From Desulfatiglandales bacterium (GTDB taxonomy: Bacteria > Desulfobacterota > DSM-4660 > Desulfatiglandales > Desulfatiglandaceae), in assembly GCA_963662465.1 (NCBI GenBank), contig OY759599.1, positions 3,520,001 through 3,584,000 on the forward strand: a DNA stretch of 64,000 nt. Direction: 5' to 3'. A program made the translations under genes and the position numbers. This document shows, piece after piece, positions 1-10,543 of the stretch. The notes below the pieces were generated by a model, which saw only the letters and a list, made by a program, of their open reading frames with translations, had not been told where the DNA came from and did no database searches. Within the stretch, counting starts at the first letter, position 1. Every line of letters begins with the position of its first letter.

Positions 1-65
1 GCAATGAGGGCATAAAAGCTGCCCCATTGAAGGGCGTTAACCAGATTCTGGAAAAAGAAGATCAT
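1..65 (-). CDS. livH: Branched-chain amino acid ABC transporter permease, N-terminus only (runs off window)
   Basis: Manual translation from ATG at 65: MIFFFQNLVNALQWGSFYALIA, typical LivH start; downstream of the LivK-like gene. Confidence 0.8.
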   Translation of the reverse strand, partial: MIFFFQNLVNALQWGSFYALI

Positions 66-156
66 TCAAGTCATCCTCATAAAGAAAAGGCGGGCGTGGG
101 TGTTTTACCCGACCCGCCTTATCACCAAAAACCTAAAGCCTAAAGCCTAATACCGG

Positions 157-1329
157 TCACGGACACACGGACTTGTAGAATTCAAACGTCCCGGAATCGC
201 TGATCCGCACAATGACGGCGCATTTGACCGGGTCTCCGTCTTCCGTAAACGTCATGTTCCCCGTAATGCCCTTGAATTCCTTGATGCCCGCAATGGCATC
301 GCGAACGCATTTTCGATCCTTTTCCGGGTTACCGGTGATTTTTCCGCAGGAGCGAATCGCCTCCTGCATAATGCCCAGTGAGTCCCATGTGAGGGCAGCC
401 ACATCATCCGGCACATACCCGTATTTCTTTTGATAACGCTCGATAAACGCTTTGGTGGCGCCCCTGGCGCCGGCTGCCGCATAATGGCTGCTGAAAAAAA
501 GCCCGTAGCAATCCTTGCCGCAAAGTTTCACCGTTTCAGCGGAACCCCAGCTATCACTGCCCACAATGGGTTTGTTCCACCCCAGCTCATGGGCCTGTTG
601 CACGATCAGGGCCACCTCATTATAGTATTGGGGTGTAAACAGGAACTGGGCGCCCGACTGAATGATATTGGTCAGCTGGGAACTGAAATCCGGATCCCTG
701 GTGGTAAAACTCTCAAAGGCCATCACAGAACCGGGCCCATGAAGTTTTTCCCACGCCTTTTTGAAATATTCCGCCATACCTTTGGAATAGTCGCTGGCCA
801 CATCGTACAGCACCGCCGCTTTTTTAAATCCAAATTCCTCGGTGATGAAATTGGCCACTACGGGGCCTTGGAAGAGATCCAGAAAGCACCCCCTGAAAAC
901 ATAGGGTCTGCCCCTGGTGGTGTTGGGATTCGTGGACCAGGGACTGATCATGGGGGTCTCCCAGTTGTTGGCCACTTCACCGGCCGGAACGGCCTGAGCA
1001 GAGGCCTGGGGTCCCACTATGACCAGAACCTCGTCTTCGGTAATCATTTTGGTATTGGCTTTGACCGCTGATTCGGCTTTGGACTCGTTGTCCTCGATCA
1101 CCAGTTCCACAGGATATTTTTTGCCGCCCACATCCATTCCCCCGGCGGCGTTAAGGTCTTCCATCCACATTTGAGCCACAAATTTCGTACCCTCACCCAC
1201 TTTGGGAATGTCGCCGGTCAAAGGCGCATTAATACCGATCTTAATGTTGTTGCTCTTGCTCCAGGCAGTGGACGCAAACATCAAGATGGTGATAAAAAAC
1301 AACCCGGTTAAAAGCCATCCCTTACGCAT
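157..1329 (-). CDS. Branched-chain amino acid ABC transporter substrate-binding protein (LivK/LivJ family)
   Basis: Signal peptide, IKIGINAPLTG motif, GITGNMTF C-terminus; start MRKGW after an AGAGGA RBS. Confidence 0.9.
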   Translation of the reverse strand: MRKGWLLTGLFFITILMFASTAWSKSNNIKIGINAPLTGDIPKVGEGTKFVAQMWMEDLNAAGGMDVGGKKYPVELVIEDNESKAESAVKANTKMITEDEVLVIVGPQASAQAVPAGEVANNWETPMISPWSTNPNTTRGRPYVFRGCFLDLFQGPVVANFITEEFGFKKAAVLYDVASDYSKGMAEYFKKAWEKLHGPGSVMAFESFTTRDPDFSSQLTNIIQSGAQFLFTPQYYNEVALIVQQAHELGWNKPIVGSDSWGSAETVKLCGKDCYGLFFSSHYAAAGARGATKAFIERYQKKYGYVPDDVAALTWDSLGIMQEAIRSCGKITGNPEKDRKCVRDAIAGIKEFKGITGNMTFTEDGDPVKCAVIVRISDSGTFEFYKSVCP

Positions 1330-1492
1330 GTAATCCTCTTTTTTTTCCATTCCAAACGCAACACAGACGATTCACAATCTTGAATTTTCTATAGTGGTAT
1401 CCATTGAGAAGAGAATCAAGGAAAAAAAGCAGGTTCCCATGAAATATCACGAGATTCTTTTGTTACATCCCGAAAGTAATTGTTTTCAGGAG

Positions 1493-2746
1493 CTATATCG
1501 TTCTGTCCGGTCCCGAAATTCGAGATTGTTCGGCAAAGGACCTGAATCGACGAGCTTCGTCTTCATTTCCATTCAGGTCATAAATCATACTGATTTTTTG
1601 ATAATAATCCGTACGATTTTCCGGAACTTCCTGTACCAGGCCGAGGTACAGCTCCAGAATGCTTATGGAATGATCGCCTGTTTCCAAGCTTATATCCGCA
1701 TATTTTTGTTTGATAAGCGGATCAATTCGGCTTCCGCAGCCCTGGCATCTGTTTATAATTTCAGCGTATTGCTTTAGGGCCTTCTCTTTTGACCCGAGTG
1801 CTTCGAATGTCCTTGCAAGGGCTAAGACAATGGCCTCATCCCAACCATGAGCATCGAGGGAATTCAAGTAATGGGACTCAGCATCATGATACCGACCGGC
1901 ATGGAACAGCGTCTCTCCGATCAGCAAATGAATTACCGGAGAATCGCTGAGCGGCTCGGGGCAATTCATGAGCAATTGTTGCGCCTTGTCAAACTGTTCG
2001 TTTTGCCAGTAGCTTTCACACAACGGCGGGTAGGCTCTGAGTGATTCGGGATAATCGTTCAAAAAACCTTCCAGCAAAGAACAACCTTCGGAATCATTGC
2101 CAAGATTCAAATGGGCGGTCGCGAGTTCGAGTCGAATAAAGCCTTCGGATGAAGAATTGGCTTCCAGGGCCTGGGACAATAGCGTGACGGCATCTTCAAA
2201 ACGACCCTGATTCAGCTTGACATACCCTTCCCTGAACAAATCTCCATAGCCAAGATAGAGTTCCTGCTCCGTCTTGGGCAATGCATTGATGAGCGCTGTG
2301 AAATACTCCTCTCCGGACGCTTGATAACCGAATTCCCTTTCGTCTTCCGAAGCTTCATCAGAAATAGATATTCCTGACGCTCCATGGGGAATAGAATGCG
2401 TTTTTACGACCTTCAGCCGTTCCTCAATCTCCACGGCAAGCTGTTTGTCCCGAACCAGTTCAAGCGCAAGCCGCAGAAGATCTTCGGCCTCTTCGTGGAG
2501 CCCGGCCTCAATTAAATTATCCGCGGCCTTCCTATGTTCAAGGGCAAGGGCATCTTTGCATTTGGCGATTTTCATCTCTATGTGATCGCCGGCCTCAGAC
2601 GGTTCCGGGGTTTTCTTCGCCAATTTATGCAAGGCCTTTTCATATTCAAGTTTGGCGGCGCCATATTCGCCCACCTGGAAAAGTGCATCTGCGTTCTTTT
2701 CGATCTCACGATACGGTTTGCCGGTAAAGAGATGTGAAAATTTCAT
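1493..2746 (-). CDS. Tetratricopeptide repeat protein
   Basis: 417 aa with repeated TPR-like helical pairs and a CQGC motif; overlaps upstream gene stop (ATGA). Confidence 0.8.
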   Translation of the reverse strand: MKFSHLFTGKPYREIEKNADALFQVGEYGAAKLEYEKALHKLAKKTPEPSEAGDHIEMKIAKCKDALALEHRKAADNLIEAGLHEEAEDLLRLALELVRDKQLAVEIEERLKVVKTHSIPHGASGISISDEASEDEREFGYQASGEEYFTALINALPKTEQELYLGYGDLFREGYVKLNQGRFEDAVTLLSQALEANSSSEGFIRLELATAHLNLGNDSEGCSLLEGFLNDYPESLRAYPPLCESYWQNEQFDKAQQLLMNCPEPLSDSPVIHLLIGETLFHAGRYHDAESHYLNSLDAHGWDEAIVLALARTFEALGSKEKALKQYAEIINRCQGCGSRIDPLIKQKYADISLETGDHSISILELYLGLVQEVPENRTDYYQKISMIYDLNGNEDEARRFRSFAEQSRISGPDRTI

Positions 2747-3270
2747 GGAATAATCTCGCTCTTCGATTTCAAACGCGGGGTCACATTGGTAAAAACCCCC
2801 AGTTCATGCCCGGTTCGGTCATTAATGAACCGGGCTGCCTCAACCATCCTCACCCGGTAGGTCATCCTGAGGGGCCAGGGATTATTCATGCGAATGGTGA
2901 CATAGATCTTTTGCCCTGCTGATCTTTCGATCAACCCCTGAATCACCTTCCCACCGACGCCCATGCCTCGGAATTCCCGATCCACCGCCGTATACCCCCG
3001 CTCCAGAAAGCCTGAAAGATCAAGCCCGGTTTCAGCTTCGATCTTTTTCCGGTAATCCTCTTTCGGGTATTTGTGGGTGGAAGTGCCCACCACCCGACCA
3101 TCGCAAACGGCATATCCGATGAGGAAGGCCTTTTTCAGGTTCTCTCTCAGCCAGGATGTGCCCACACCGTCGCCGGATGCGACGAGATCACAGATCTGGT
3201 CCAAAATAGGTGCGATCGTTTTATCTGGGCTGGTGTAAAAATAACGGACATCCATATTAAACAGCGTCAC
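2743..3270 (-). CDS. GNAT-family N-acetyltransferase-like protein
   Basis: Motif A-like AVDREFRGMGVGGKVI; start uncertain. Confidence 0.7.
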   Translation of the reverse strand: MTLFNMDVRYFYTSPDKTIAPILDQICDLVASGDGVGTSWLRENLKKAFLIGYAVCDGRVVGTSTHKYPKEDYRKKIEAETGLDLSGFLERGYTAVDREFRGMGVGGKVIQGLIERSAGQKIYVTIRMNNPWPLRMTYRVRMVEAARFINDRTGHELGVFTNVTPRLKSKSEIIP

Positions 3271-3448
3271 ACTTGAATCGAAAAAATCGGTCGGAAAAAC
3301 AATCTATATCCATGTATCGCTCTCTTTTTCGTTTGTGCTTGAAAAGCGTTAGCAGCGGTCTCAGGCGGTACAAAAGAGAACCAGCATGCCGGCGTCAGGT
3401 CGCTTCGTTTAGAAAAAGAAAAGCGTACCTGTTTTAGTACGCTTCCAG

Positions 3449-3472
3449 CTCGTTCAGCGCTCTGCGTGGAAA
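3449..3472. repeat. Degenerate REP palindrome (CTCGTTCCC..GGGAAC family)
   Basis: CTCGTTCAGCGCTCTGCGTGGAAA resembles copies at 10170 and 54314/54435; a second hairpin AAGCGTAC-N8-GTACGCTT lies at 3421-3444. Confidence 0.55.
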
Positions 3473-3494
3473 GGCATACAACCCGTGGAAAAAC

Positions 3495-3812
3495 TCAAAC
3501 GATTGGCAATCCTTCATTCTTTATTTGTCGTACAAAGGGATCATCATCATTGAAACTATCAAGATTGAACGGCAGAGGTTCAAGCCGATCATCGACAGAG
3601 ATTGCCATCTCGGTCAATCTTATTCGTTCTTCAAAATGGGCGTTGCTTATTTGGGGAGAAACAATTGCTACATCAATGTCGCTCCATTTATCTACTTGTC
3701 CCCTGGCATAGGAGCCAAAAATATAGGCTTTTGAAATATGGAATCCAGCTCGACGGAGTTTATCTAAAAATAATCGCACATTTTTTAAAACTATAGATTC
3801 GATTTCAGCCAT
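3495..3812 (-). CDS. Minimal nucleotidyltransferase (MNT) antitoxin
   Basis: FGSYARG...WSDIDVAIVS motif; ATG at 3812 overlaps the end of a HEPN remnant. Confidence 0.85.
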   Translation of the reverse strand: MAEIESIVLKNVRLFLDKLRRAGFHISKAYIFGSYARGQVDKWSDIDVAIVSPQISNAHFEERIRLTEMAISVDDRLEPLPFNLDSFNDDDPFVRQIKNEGLPIV

Positions 3813-3927
3813 GCGAAAACCTCTTTGATCTTTTCCAGTTCCGTTGCGGTGAACTGCAATGTACATTTTTTTCTGAACTCTTTTTTGTAGTCAGGGTATC
3901 GAGATTCAAGGTTAAATGCTGTAATCC
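3791..3927 (-). pseudogene. C-terminal remnant of HEPN toxin gene
   Basis: Manual translation RITAFNLESRYPDYKKEFRKKCTLQFTATELEKIKEVFAWLKSNL*, a typical HEPN C-terminus; in-frame stop upstream and no N-terminus. Confidence 0.7.
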
Positions 3928-4125
3928 TTTAGACTATCCATGCTTGGTGCAACTTTACCCGAAGTAAAAAGAAATTCCAATGCCGAATTATGGTTTGGAG
4001 AATTTAATGCGGAACCCATCTATGAGCGTAGCAACAAAAAATATAGCCTACAGTGTTTTATGACTATTGTTCTCAGATTTAATGGAGTGCCGGATATGGA
4101 AAAATCTAAAGTTCTAAAAATCGTA

Positions 4126-4155
4126 ACCGTTCACGGGCAACCACCCGTGAACGGT
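4126..4155. terminator. Perfect 12-bp hairpin downstream of hdrA (terminator or REP-like)
   Basis: ACCGTTCACGGG-caacca-CCCGTGAACGGT, 20 nt after the hdrA stop. Confidence 0.6.
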
Positions 4156-4174
4156 CATAAAATTCAGATCTGAA

Positions 4175-7100
4175 TCATCCCACGCAGTCAATCATCTGCA
4201 TGATCTGCGCGGTTTCAAAGCCTTTGAGATGAAGGGCCCCGGAGCGGCAGGAAGAAACGCAGAGGCCACACCCCTTGCACAGGGTGGATTCGATCATGGC
4301 CTTTCCGGATTTTTCATCGAATCTGGGGGCCGAGTAGGGACAGATAGACACACAAACCCCGCAACTGCTGCATTTGATCGGGTTCACCTGTGCCACGGTA
4401 CCACTGACGGCCAGGCTCTTGGCCGAAAGCAGCGTCACAGCCCTGGCGGATGCCGCCTGGGCCTGGGCGATGCTTTCATCGATGGGTTTGGGCGAGTGGG
4501 CCAGACCGCACACAAAAATGCCGTCGGTGGCAAAATCCACGGGCCGCAGCTTAACGTGGGCTTCCGCGAAGAAACCATCCTCGTTCTGGGCCACCTTGTA
4601 AAACTGGGACAGGGGATTTGCTTTTTCGACAACAATGGCGGAGGCCAGCACCAGAAGATCCGAATGAATGATCATCTCTTTTCGGAAAACCGTGTCCGTA
4701 AACCCGATCTCCACTTCCTGGTCCCGGGGCTCTATCCTGAGCCCCTTTTCAAAGTTGTAACGCACAAAAGAAATCCCCTGGGTTCTCGCTTCCCGGTACA
4801 GGTCTTCTCTGAGGCCATAGGGCCTCATGTCCCGGTAAACCACATAGATGTGCATCTTGGGATTTCTCTTTTTCAGTTCCAGGGCACTCTTGATGGACTG
4901 GGTGCAACAGACTTTGGAACAGTAGGGCCGCTCCTTGACACGAGATCCGTAACACTGAAGGAAAACCGCCGTATTGAGGCCATTGAGTTGACTATCCCCT
5001 TTGACAAACCCCTGCTGCAACTGAAGGCCGGTCATCACCCGGGAAGACGCAATCAAGGCCGGATCTTCAGGGCTATGTTCCGTCGCCCCCGTGGCAAAGA
5101 TGGTGACGCCGTGTTCCAGGGTTCGGCTTTCCTGCCCCTGGGAAATCGTCGTTTGGAAATTCCCCACAAAGCCGTCCACCGCGGTAATTTCAGCGCCCAG
5201 GCAGACCTCAACCTTGTCCGCCGCTTCCACCTCCCGAATCAGATCTTTCAGGTAACCCTGAATATCTTCCCCCCGCCAGGTTTCATGCAGGGACTGGGCG
5301 TTCCCTCCCAGTTTTCCTTCCCGCTCCACCAAATAAGTGAAATATCCCTGCTGTGACAGGTTTTTGGCGGCCTCCATGCCGGCCACTCCGCCGCCGATAA
5401 CCACCGCGTTCTGGTTGATGTTGAGTACGGGCTCGGGCAGGGGTTCCAGGAATCCCGCCTTGGCCACACCCATCCGCACCAGGTCTTTGGCCTTGGTGGT
5501 AGCGGCTTCGGGATCATCCTTATGAACCCAGGAACACTGATTTCGAATGTTGACCATCTCAAAGAGATATTTGTTAATGCCCGCGCTGGTGAGGGTCTCC
5601 TGAAAAAGGGGTTCATGGGTTTTGGGCGTACAGGCCGCCACCACCACCCGGTTAAGGGCCTGCTCCTGGATCACCTGGCTCATCTTGTCCTGGGTATCCT
5701 GAGAGCAACTGAACATGTTCTGCTCGGAAAACACCACGCCGGGCAGTCCCTTTGCAAACTCCACCACGGCCGGCACATCCACGACGCCGGCGATATTGGT
5801 GCCGCAACAGCAGACAAAAACGCCGATACGCACGGAATCCCCTCTGATGTTGCGCTCCTCCGGAATCTTAGCCGTCTTGGTCAAAGACCACCGGGCATCG
5901 GCCAGAAAACTTCCGGCCACCCCTGCCGCGGCACTGGAATCCACCACCGACGAGGGGATATCCTTCGGCGCCTGACAGGCGCCGCAAACAAAGATACCGG
6001 GCGTCGCGGTCTCTACGGGCGTGAAGCTGTCGGTACTCACATAATTGTAATGATCCAGGGGAAGGCCCAATTTTTCAGCCAGAGCCCGTCCCTCGGCGGA
6101 CGCGCCCAGGCCCACGGACAAGACCACAATGTCAAAGCCCTCTTCCACTTTTTGGCCTTGTTCATCGATGTAGCGGATCATGCTCATACCGGAATCATTA
6201 TCCGGAACAATATTCGTCACCCGAGACTTCACAAACCGAACCCCTGCCTCATCCTTGGCCCGGTTGTAGTACCGCTCGAAGTCTTTTCCATTGGTGCGGA
6301 TATCCATATAAAAAATGGCCGCGTCCAGATCTCCGGGTGCATGCTCCTTGGCCAGCATGGCTTCCTTGACGGCATAGGTACAGCAAACCCCGGAGCAATA
6401 TCCGCGCCCTCCCAGATGCTCATCTCGACTTCCGATGCACTGCAACCAGGCGATTTTCTTTGGTTCCTTTTTGTCCGATGGGCGCACCATGTGCCCCCCA
6501 TAGGGACCGGAAGCGGACAGGATACGCTCAAACTCAAGGCTGGTAACCACATTCTTGTTTTTGACGTAACCATAGGTATCGTGGTTCGCGGGGTTATAGG
6601 TTTCGCCACCGCCTGCAACAATCACCGCGCCCACGTTCAGGTTGATGCGCCGCTCTTTATCGTCATAGTTGATGGCGCCCGCGGGACAGACTTTTTCGCA
6701 GTTTCCGCATTTCCCCTTGGTTAATTTGAGGCAATATTCAGGATCAATGGCATATTTCAGGGGAACGGCCTGAGCGTATTTCACGTAGATGGCCTTTCGT
6801 TTGACCAAGCCCGCGTCATACTCGTTGGGGACCTTTTTGGGACATTTTTCCGCGCAGAGCCCGCAAGCGATACATTTATCCACATCCACATAGCGGGGAT
6901 GTTGCAGAATGCTCGCCTCAAAATTGCCCGCCTCGCCCTTAAGCGCCGTGACCTCTGAAAGTGTGAGTAACTCGATATTGATGTGCCGGCCGACCTCGAC
7001 CAGTTTCGGTGAGATAATTCACATGGCACAGTCATTTGTGGGAAAGGTTTTGTCCAATTGGCTCATCATACCGCCAATGGAACTGGTCCTTTCCACAAGG

Positions 7101-7198
7101 TAGACGTAATATCCGGAATTGGCCATATCCAGAGCGGCCTGCATGCCGGTAATGCCGCCGCCCACAACCAGGACGGAACCAAGCTTTTTCGTCGACAT
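4175..7198 (-). CDS. hdrA: Heterodisulfide reductase subunit A-like flavoprotein, double-HdrA type, selenoprotein (U60), 1007 aa
   Basis: ATG 7198 with [28 protein letters not shown](TGA)[12 protein letters not shown] continues in frame into the 904-aa ORF; two FAD motifs, CIGSR/CYGSR, ferredoxin motifs. Confidence 0.92.
6986..7003 (-). promoter_or_regulatory. Bacterial SECIS-like hairpin
   Basis: CUGGUCG-AGGU-CGGCCGG stem-loop starting 16 nt after the UGA at 7021-7019. Confidence 0.75.
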
Positions 7199-7201
7199 AA
7201 A

Positions 7202-8077
7202 CTACTCCTGCGTTATAAAAGAGGTGACATTATCCATCGCCACTTGGTTTTTCTTAAGACCCAAATCTTTTTCATCGACCCCCATGCACAACCCCAGCAA
7301 CTGGGCATAGAGTATGGAGGGCAGAGAATCGCCGGGTACGCCGTCGGATGTCATCATGCTTTGAACCTGATCAAACTGAAGCTGACAATAAGGGCAGGCG
7401 GTACACAAAAAATCCGCCCCGGATTCGCGCCCGCTGTCCAGTTTCCTGCGGGTCAAATTCATGGAAATCCGGTCATTGACGCCCATCAGGGGAGCGCCGC
7501 AGCAATTGAGTTTTTCGCTCCATTCCACGCTTGTTGCACCCGTCGCCTTTACCAGTTCATCGAACAGTGTCGGCGCCACCGGGTCATCGAACTGGGTAAC
7601 CTTGCTGGGACGCAAGGCATGACACCCATAATGGGTGGCAATTTTGAGGTCCTTCATTTTGAGGGTCATCTTCTGTTTCAGCGCGCTCAATCCCACATCA
7701 TGATACAGAACCGAAAGGAAATGTTTGACCTCCACCTGGCCCTGATATGCCAAACCTCTCGGTTTCAACAGATCATTGATCTCTCGGCGCAGCGTCTCAC
7801 TGCGCCCAAGGACATACTGGGCCTCTTTCAAAGTACCGAAACAGCATTTACAGAGGGACATGATATTGACGCCGTCCCGTTCAGCCAGGGCAAGATTCCC
7901 GGCCGCAGAGAGAAGATAAGCTTTCCGGTCCACATTCCGCAGCGGGTAACCACAGCAAGTGAAATCGCGGTAATCAATCAGGCCTACGCCCAGGCGGGAC
8001 ATCACCGCACGAGACGCGGTCTCATATTGTTCAAGTCGGGCAGGGATATTACAGCCCAGAAAAAAAGCATATTTCAT
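7202..8077 (-). CDS. hdrB: Heterodisulfide reductase subunit B (CCG domains)
   Basis: YAFFLGC, TCCG, CKCC, HYGCH, NCCG, ACPYCQLQFD. Confidence 0.9.
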   Translation of the reverse strand: MKYAFFLGCNIPARLEQYETASRAVMSRLGVGLIDYRDFTCCGYPLRNVDRKAYLLSAAGNLALAERDGVNIMSLCKCCFGTLKEAQYVLGRSETLRREINDLLKPRGLAYQGQVEVKHFLSVLYHDVGLSALKQKMTLKMKDLKIATHYGCHALRPSKVTQFDDPVAPTLFDELVKATGATSVEWSEKLNCCGAPLMGVNDRISMNLTRRKLDSGRESGADFLCTACPYCQLQFDQVQSMMTSDGVPGDSLPSILYAQLLGLCMGVDEKDLGLKKNQVAMDNVTSFITQE

Positions 8078-8132
8078 CGGTTTGCCTCAATTTCCTAGAA
8101 GCGCAGAGCGCATGGTCTTGTTCAGCGGCCCC

Positions 8133-9869
8133 CTATTGGGGCCCCTTGATCGCTATATTTTTCAGCTGATAGAGGATATCGGTTACTTCAACCAGCTGGG
8201 GGCAATGTTCCTGGCACTGATAACATGTCGCACAATCCCAAATCATTTTTGCGCCACAGGCCATATCCGTCAGGCCTAAGCCCAGGCAGTACATGATCTG
8301 GTGGGGCAGCAGCCCCAATGTTTCTTCGGGGTTGTCGCAGGCCGCCACCACCGGACAAACGGTGGTACAATTCTGACAGCCGAAACAAGCTCTAAAGGTT
8401 TCAGCGTCGAAAGGCAACACCGCGTGGTGGGAGCCCTCATCGCCGTTAAAGCTCAGGGGACCGGACTCCGCGGCAACAGGCCATCCCTTAGCCACCTCGC
8501 GCCGGGCCATTTCAAGGGATTTCACATAACCCCCGGGCGTCAAATTAGATCGATTCAAGCCCCGCACAAATGAAAAACCGCTGAGTATCAAGGGTTCCCC
8601 CATGGCGCCGGTCTGAATGAGTCCTTCCCGCACATTGAGCCAGAGATCCCTCAGGTTAATGCCCGAAGGGCACACCACCGTACATCGATCACAATTGGTG
8701 CAGATATAGACGCCTTCTCGAAGGGCCTGTCGTTCCGCCGGCGCAAGCATTTTTCCGGCGGCCAGTTTTCGAATGGATTGCAGCTTTTCCGAGGGAAGGA
8801 TGCAATCATTTCCCAGGGCTTCGAATGCGGGATACGACGAACACCTGAGACTGCACGTGCCGCAATGGGTACAAGCATCCAGTTCCAACATCTGGCGCGT
8901 CAGGATATTGGCCGGATGGGAGCGTTCCTTATCCATGACCGCATTGGCCATAAGACTTAAGGGCGTTGTAATAATGTGGAACATCTTGCTGAAAGGGAGG
9001 TAGGCCAATCCAATAAAACAAGCCAGGATATGGATAATCCAGAAAAAGTATGTCGCCTCGGAATCCTCAAGGAATTGCGCCATGGGCCGCATCCCCTTGG
9101 CAAGGTTGACGCTGATAAACGCCCATTGCGGCACGGCATGGCAGCTCTGACAGCTCATTTCATGCAGTTCCCGACCCTGGGTCAACAGTTCCATTTCAAA
9201 GGGACCCGCGACCTTTGGCGAAACCACCCCGAATTCCTGGACCCAAAAGGCCTCCAACGCTTTCAACTCTTGTGGATCATCCGTATCCGAGTACTCTTCC
9301 ACCATGCGCTGAAAAGCGCCATGGCTTATAATCTTAGCCCCTTCCAGAAAAAAACCGGTAAACATGATAACCGCCACAATGATAATGGCATAAACGTCCA
9401 TACCGTTGGTGCGCAGCCGGGGAACCTTGAGAATACGCCGGCGATAAATGGCAATGGCCACACCCGCAAAAACCATCAGCCCAAAAAGGTTCCTGAGGAA
9501 AAGGTAGGGCTGTCCGGTGGAGGCATAGCCCTCAAAGAGGTTGCTGCTGGTCCAGCTTTCAAAGGCATGCATAAAGAGAAGCAGCATGAACCCCACAAAG
9601 ATGAGCATATGCATGACCCAGCGCAGCGCATCTTCCTTCAGGATTCGGCGTTGCAGGATAACATCCAGGATCAGGACTTTCACCAGGACCACGATCCGAC
9701 CGCTGAAAACAACGCTCAGAATGCCCTTTATGGCCTGAGAAATTCTCTGTCCCGTTGAATAGGGAAGTTCTTGCCCTGTGATCTGCCTGGAAACCCAAGT
9801 GTAGGACTTATAAACAGATCCAATAATAAAGATTAAGAGAGACCCGTACAGAAGCGAATCAAAAAACAT
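8133..9869 (-). CDS. NarI-like membrane protein with CxxCH loop fused to two HdrC-like 4Fe-4S diclusters
   Basis: TM helices with WVMHMLIF, MHAF, IIHILAC, FSKMFHII; SCQSCH between helices; four CxxCxxCxxxC motifs; GAGGAG RBS before ATG 9869. Confidence 0.85.
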   Translation of the reverse strand: MFFDSLLYGSLLIFIIGSVYKSYTWVSRQITGQELPYSTGQRISQAIKGILSVVFSGRIVVLVKVLILDVILQRRILKEDALRWVMHMLIFVGFMLLLFMHAFESWTSSNLFEGYASTGQPYLFLRNLFGLMVFAGVAIAIYRRRILKVPRLRTNGMDVYAIIIVAVIMFTGFFLEGAKIISHGAFQRMVEEYSDTDDPQELKALEAFWVQEFGVVSPKVAGPFEMELLTQGRELHEMSCQSCHAVPQWAFISVNLAKGMRPMAQFLEDSEATYFFWIIHILACFIGLAYLPFSKMFHIITTPLSLMANAVMDKERSHPANILTRQMLELDACTHCGTCSLRCSSYPAFEALGNDCILPSEKLQSIRKLAAGKMLAPAERQALREGVYICTNCDRCTVVCPSGINLRDLWLNVREGLIQTGAMGEPLILSGFSFVRGLNRSNLTPGGYVKSLEMARREVAKGWPVAAESGPLSFNGDEGSHHAVLPFDAETFRACFGCQNCTTVCPVVAACDNPEETLGLLPHQIMYCLGLGLTDMACGAKMIWDCATCYQCQEHCPQLVEVTDILYQLKNIAIKGPQ

Positions 9870-10169
9870 GAACGTACTCCTCACTGACCCAAACATCAAT
9901 AAAAGCGGCAGACCCCCCAAACACTATTTCGGTCGGCCTCGTTAGTGCGCCGGAAAAACCTAACGCCATTTTCAAATCCTCACCATATAGAGGCTCGATT
10001 TATACAGGACCCATGGGTTTGTCAAGAGAAAAGTTTCACAAAACCTCATTAGGCGTACTCTTCGGGCTTACTGTAAACCTCTTAAGCCGCCCCCTTTAAA
10101 GGAAAAAACCGGAAGGGATGTTAAACTAGTACTCCTAAATTCAGATAATTGCCAATATCAAATTTTCAC

Positions 10170-10197
10170 CTCGTTCCCAAGCTCCAGATTGGGAACG
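10170..10197. repeat. REP palindrome (CTCGTTCCC..GGGAAC family)
   Basis: CTCGTTCCCAAGCTCCAGATTGGGAACG. Confidence 0.7.
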
Positions 10198-10244
10198 TAT
10201 TGCCTGGAGCCCCAACTTCCATAGCTCTTCCAAAGTCCAATGAC

Positions 10245-10445
10245 TTTTGCTGCCGCTAAGCCATTCTTACGGGCGCACAGAGATGCTTCCACCAGCCAGG
10301 CAATGAGCCTGGAGTCTTGAATCGAATATTGATTTCCTTGGGCATAAACCCCTTTGTCTTTTGTCTCGTTCATAACACCCCAATCGATGAATGATCGGAG
10401 TACCCGTTGAGCAGCCCGTGATGCTGTTTCGCGCCCCCCGTATTG
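10245..10445 (-). pseudogene. Internal remnant of BREX type 3 BrxA-like gene
   Basis: QYGGRETASRAAQRVLRSFIDWGVMNETKDKGVYAQG...LIAWLVEASL resembles the YGERETVSRAARRVLRSFIDWGV motif as recalled. Confidence 0.65.
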
Positions 10446-10455
10446 TTAAACGATA

Positions 10456-10539
10456 ACCGCCGACCTGCCTGATGATAAGAGGCGCTATTTTCGGGTAGAT
10501 CTGAGCCGGCAGCCTCGGAGTCATCTGCTCGGTGTTCAT
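10456..10539 (-). pseudogene. Possible C-terminal scrap of BREX type 3 helicase (BrxHII)
   Basis: AQIYPKIAPLIIRQVGG resembles the helicase C-terminus as recalled; position fits the gene order. Confidence 0.35.
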
Positions 10540-10543
10540 TGAA

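Noticed and set aside
4229..9758. Long plus-strand ORFs (375, 400, 346, 260 aa)
   Set aside because: Antisense shadows of the hdr genes with no recognisable motifs
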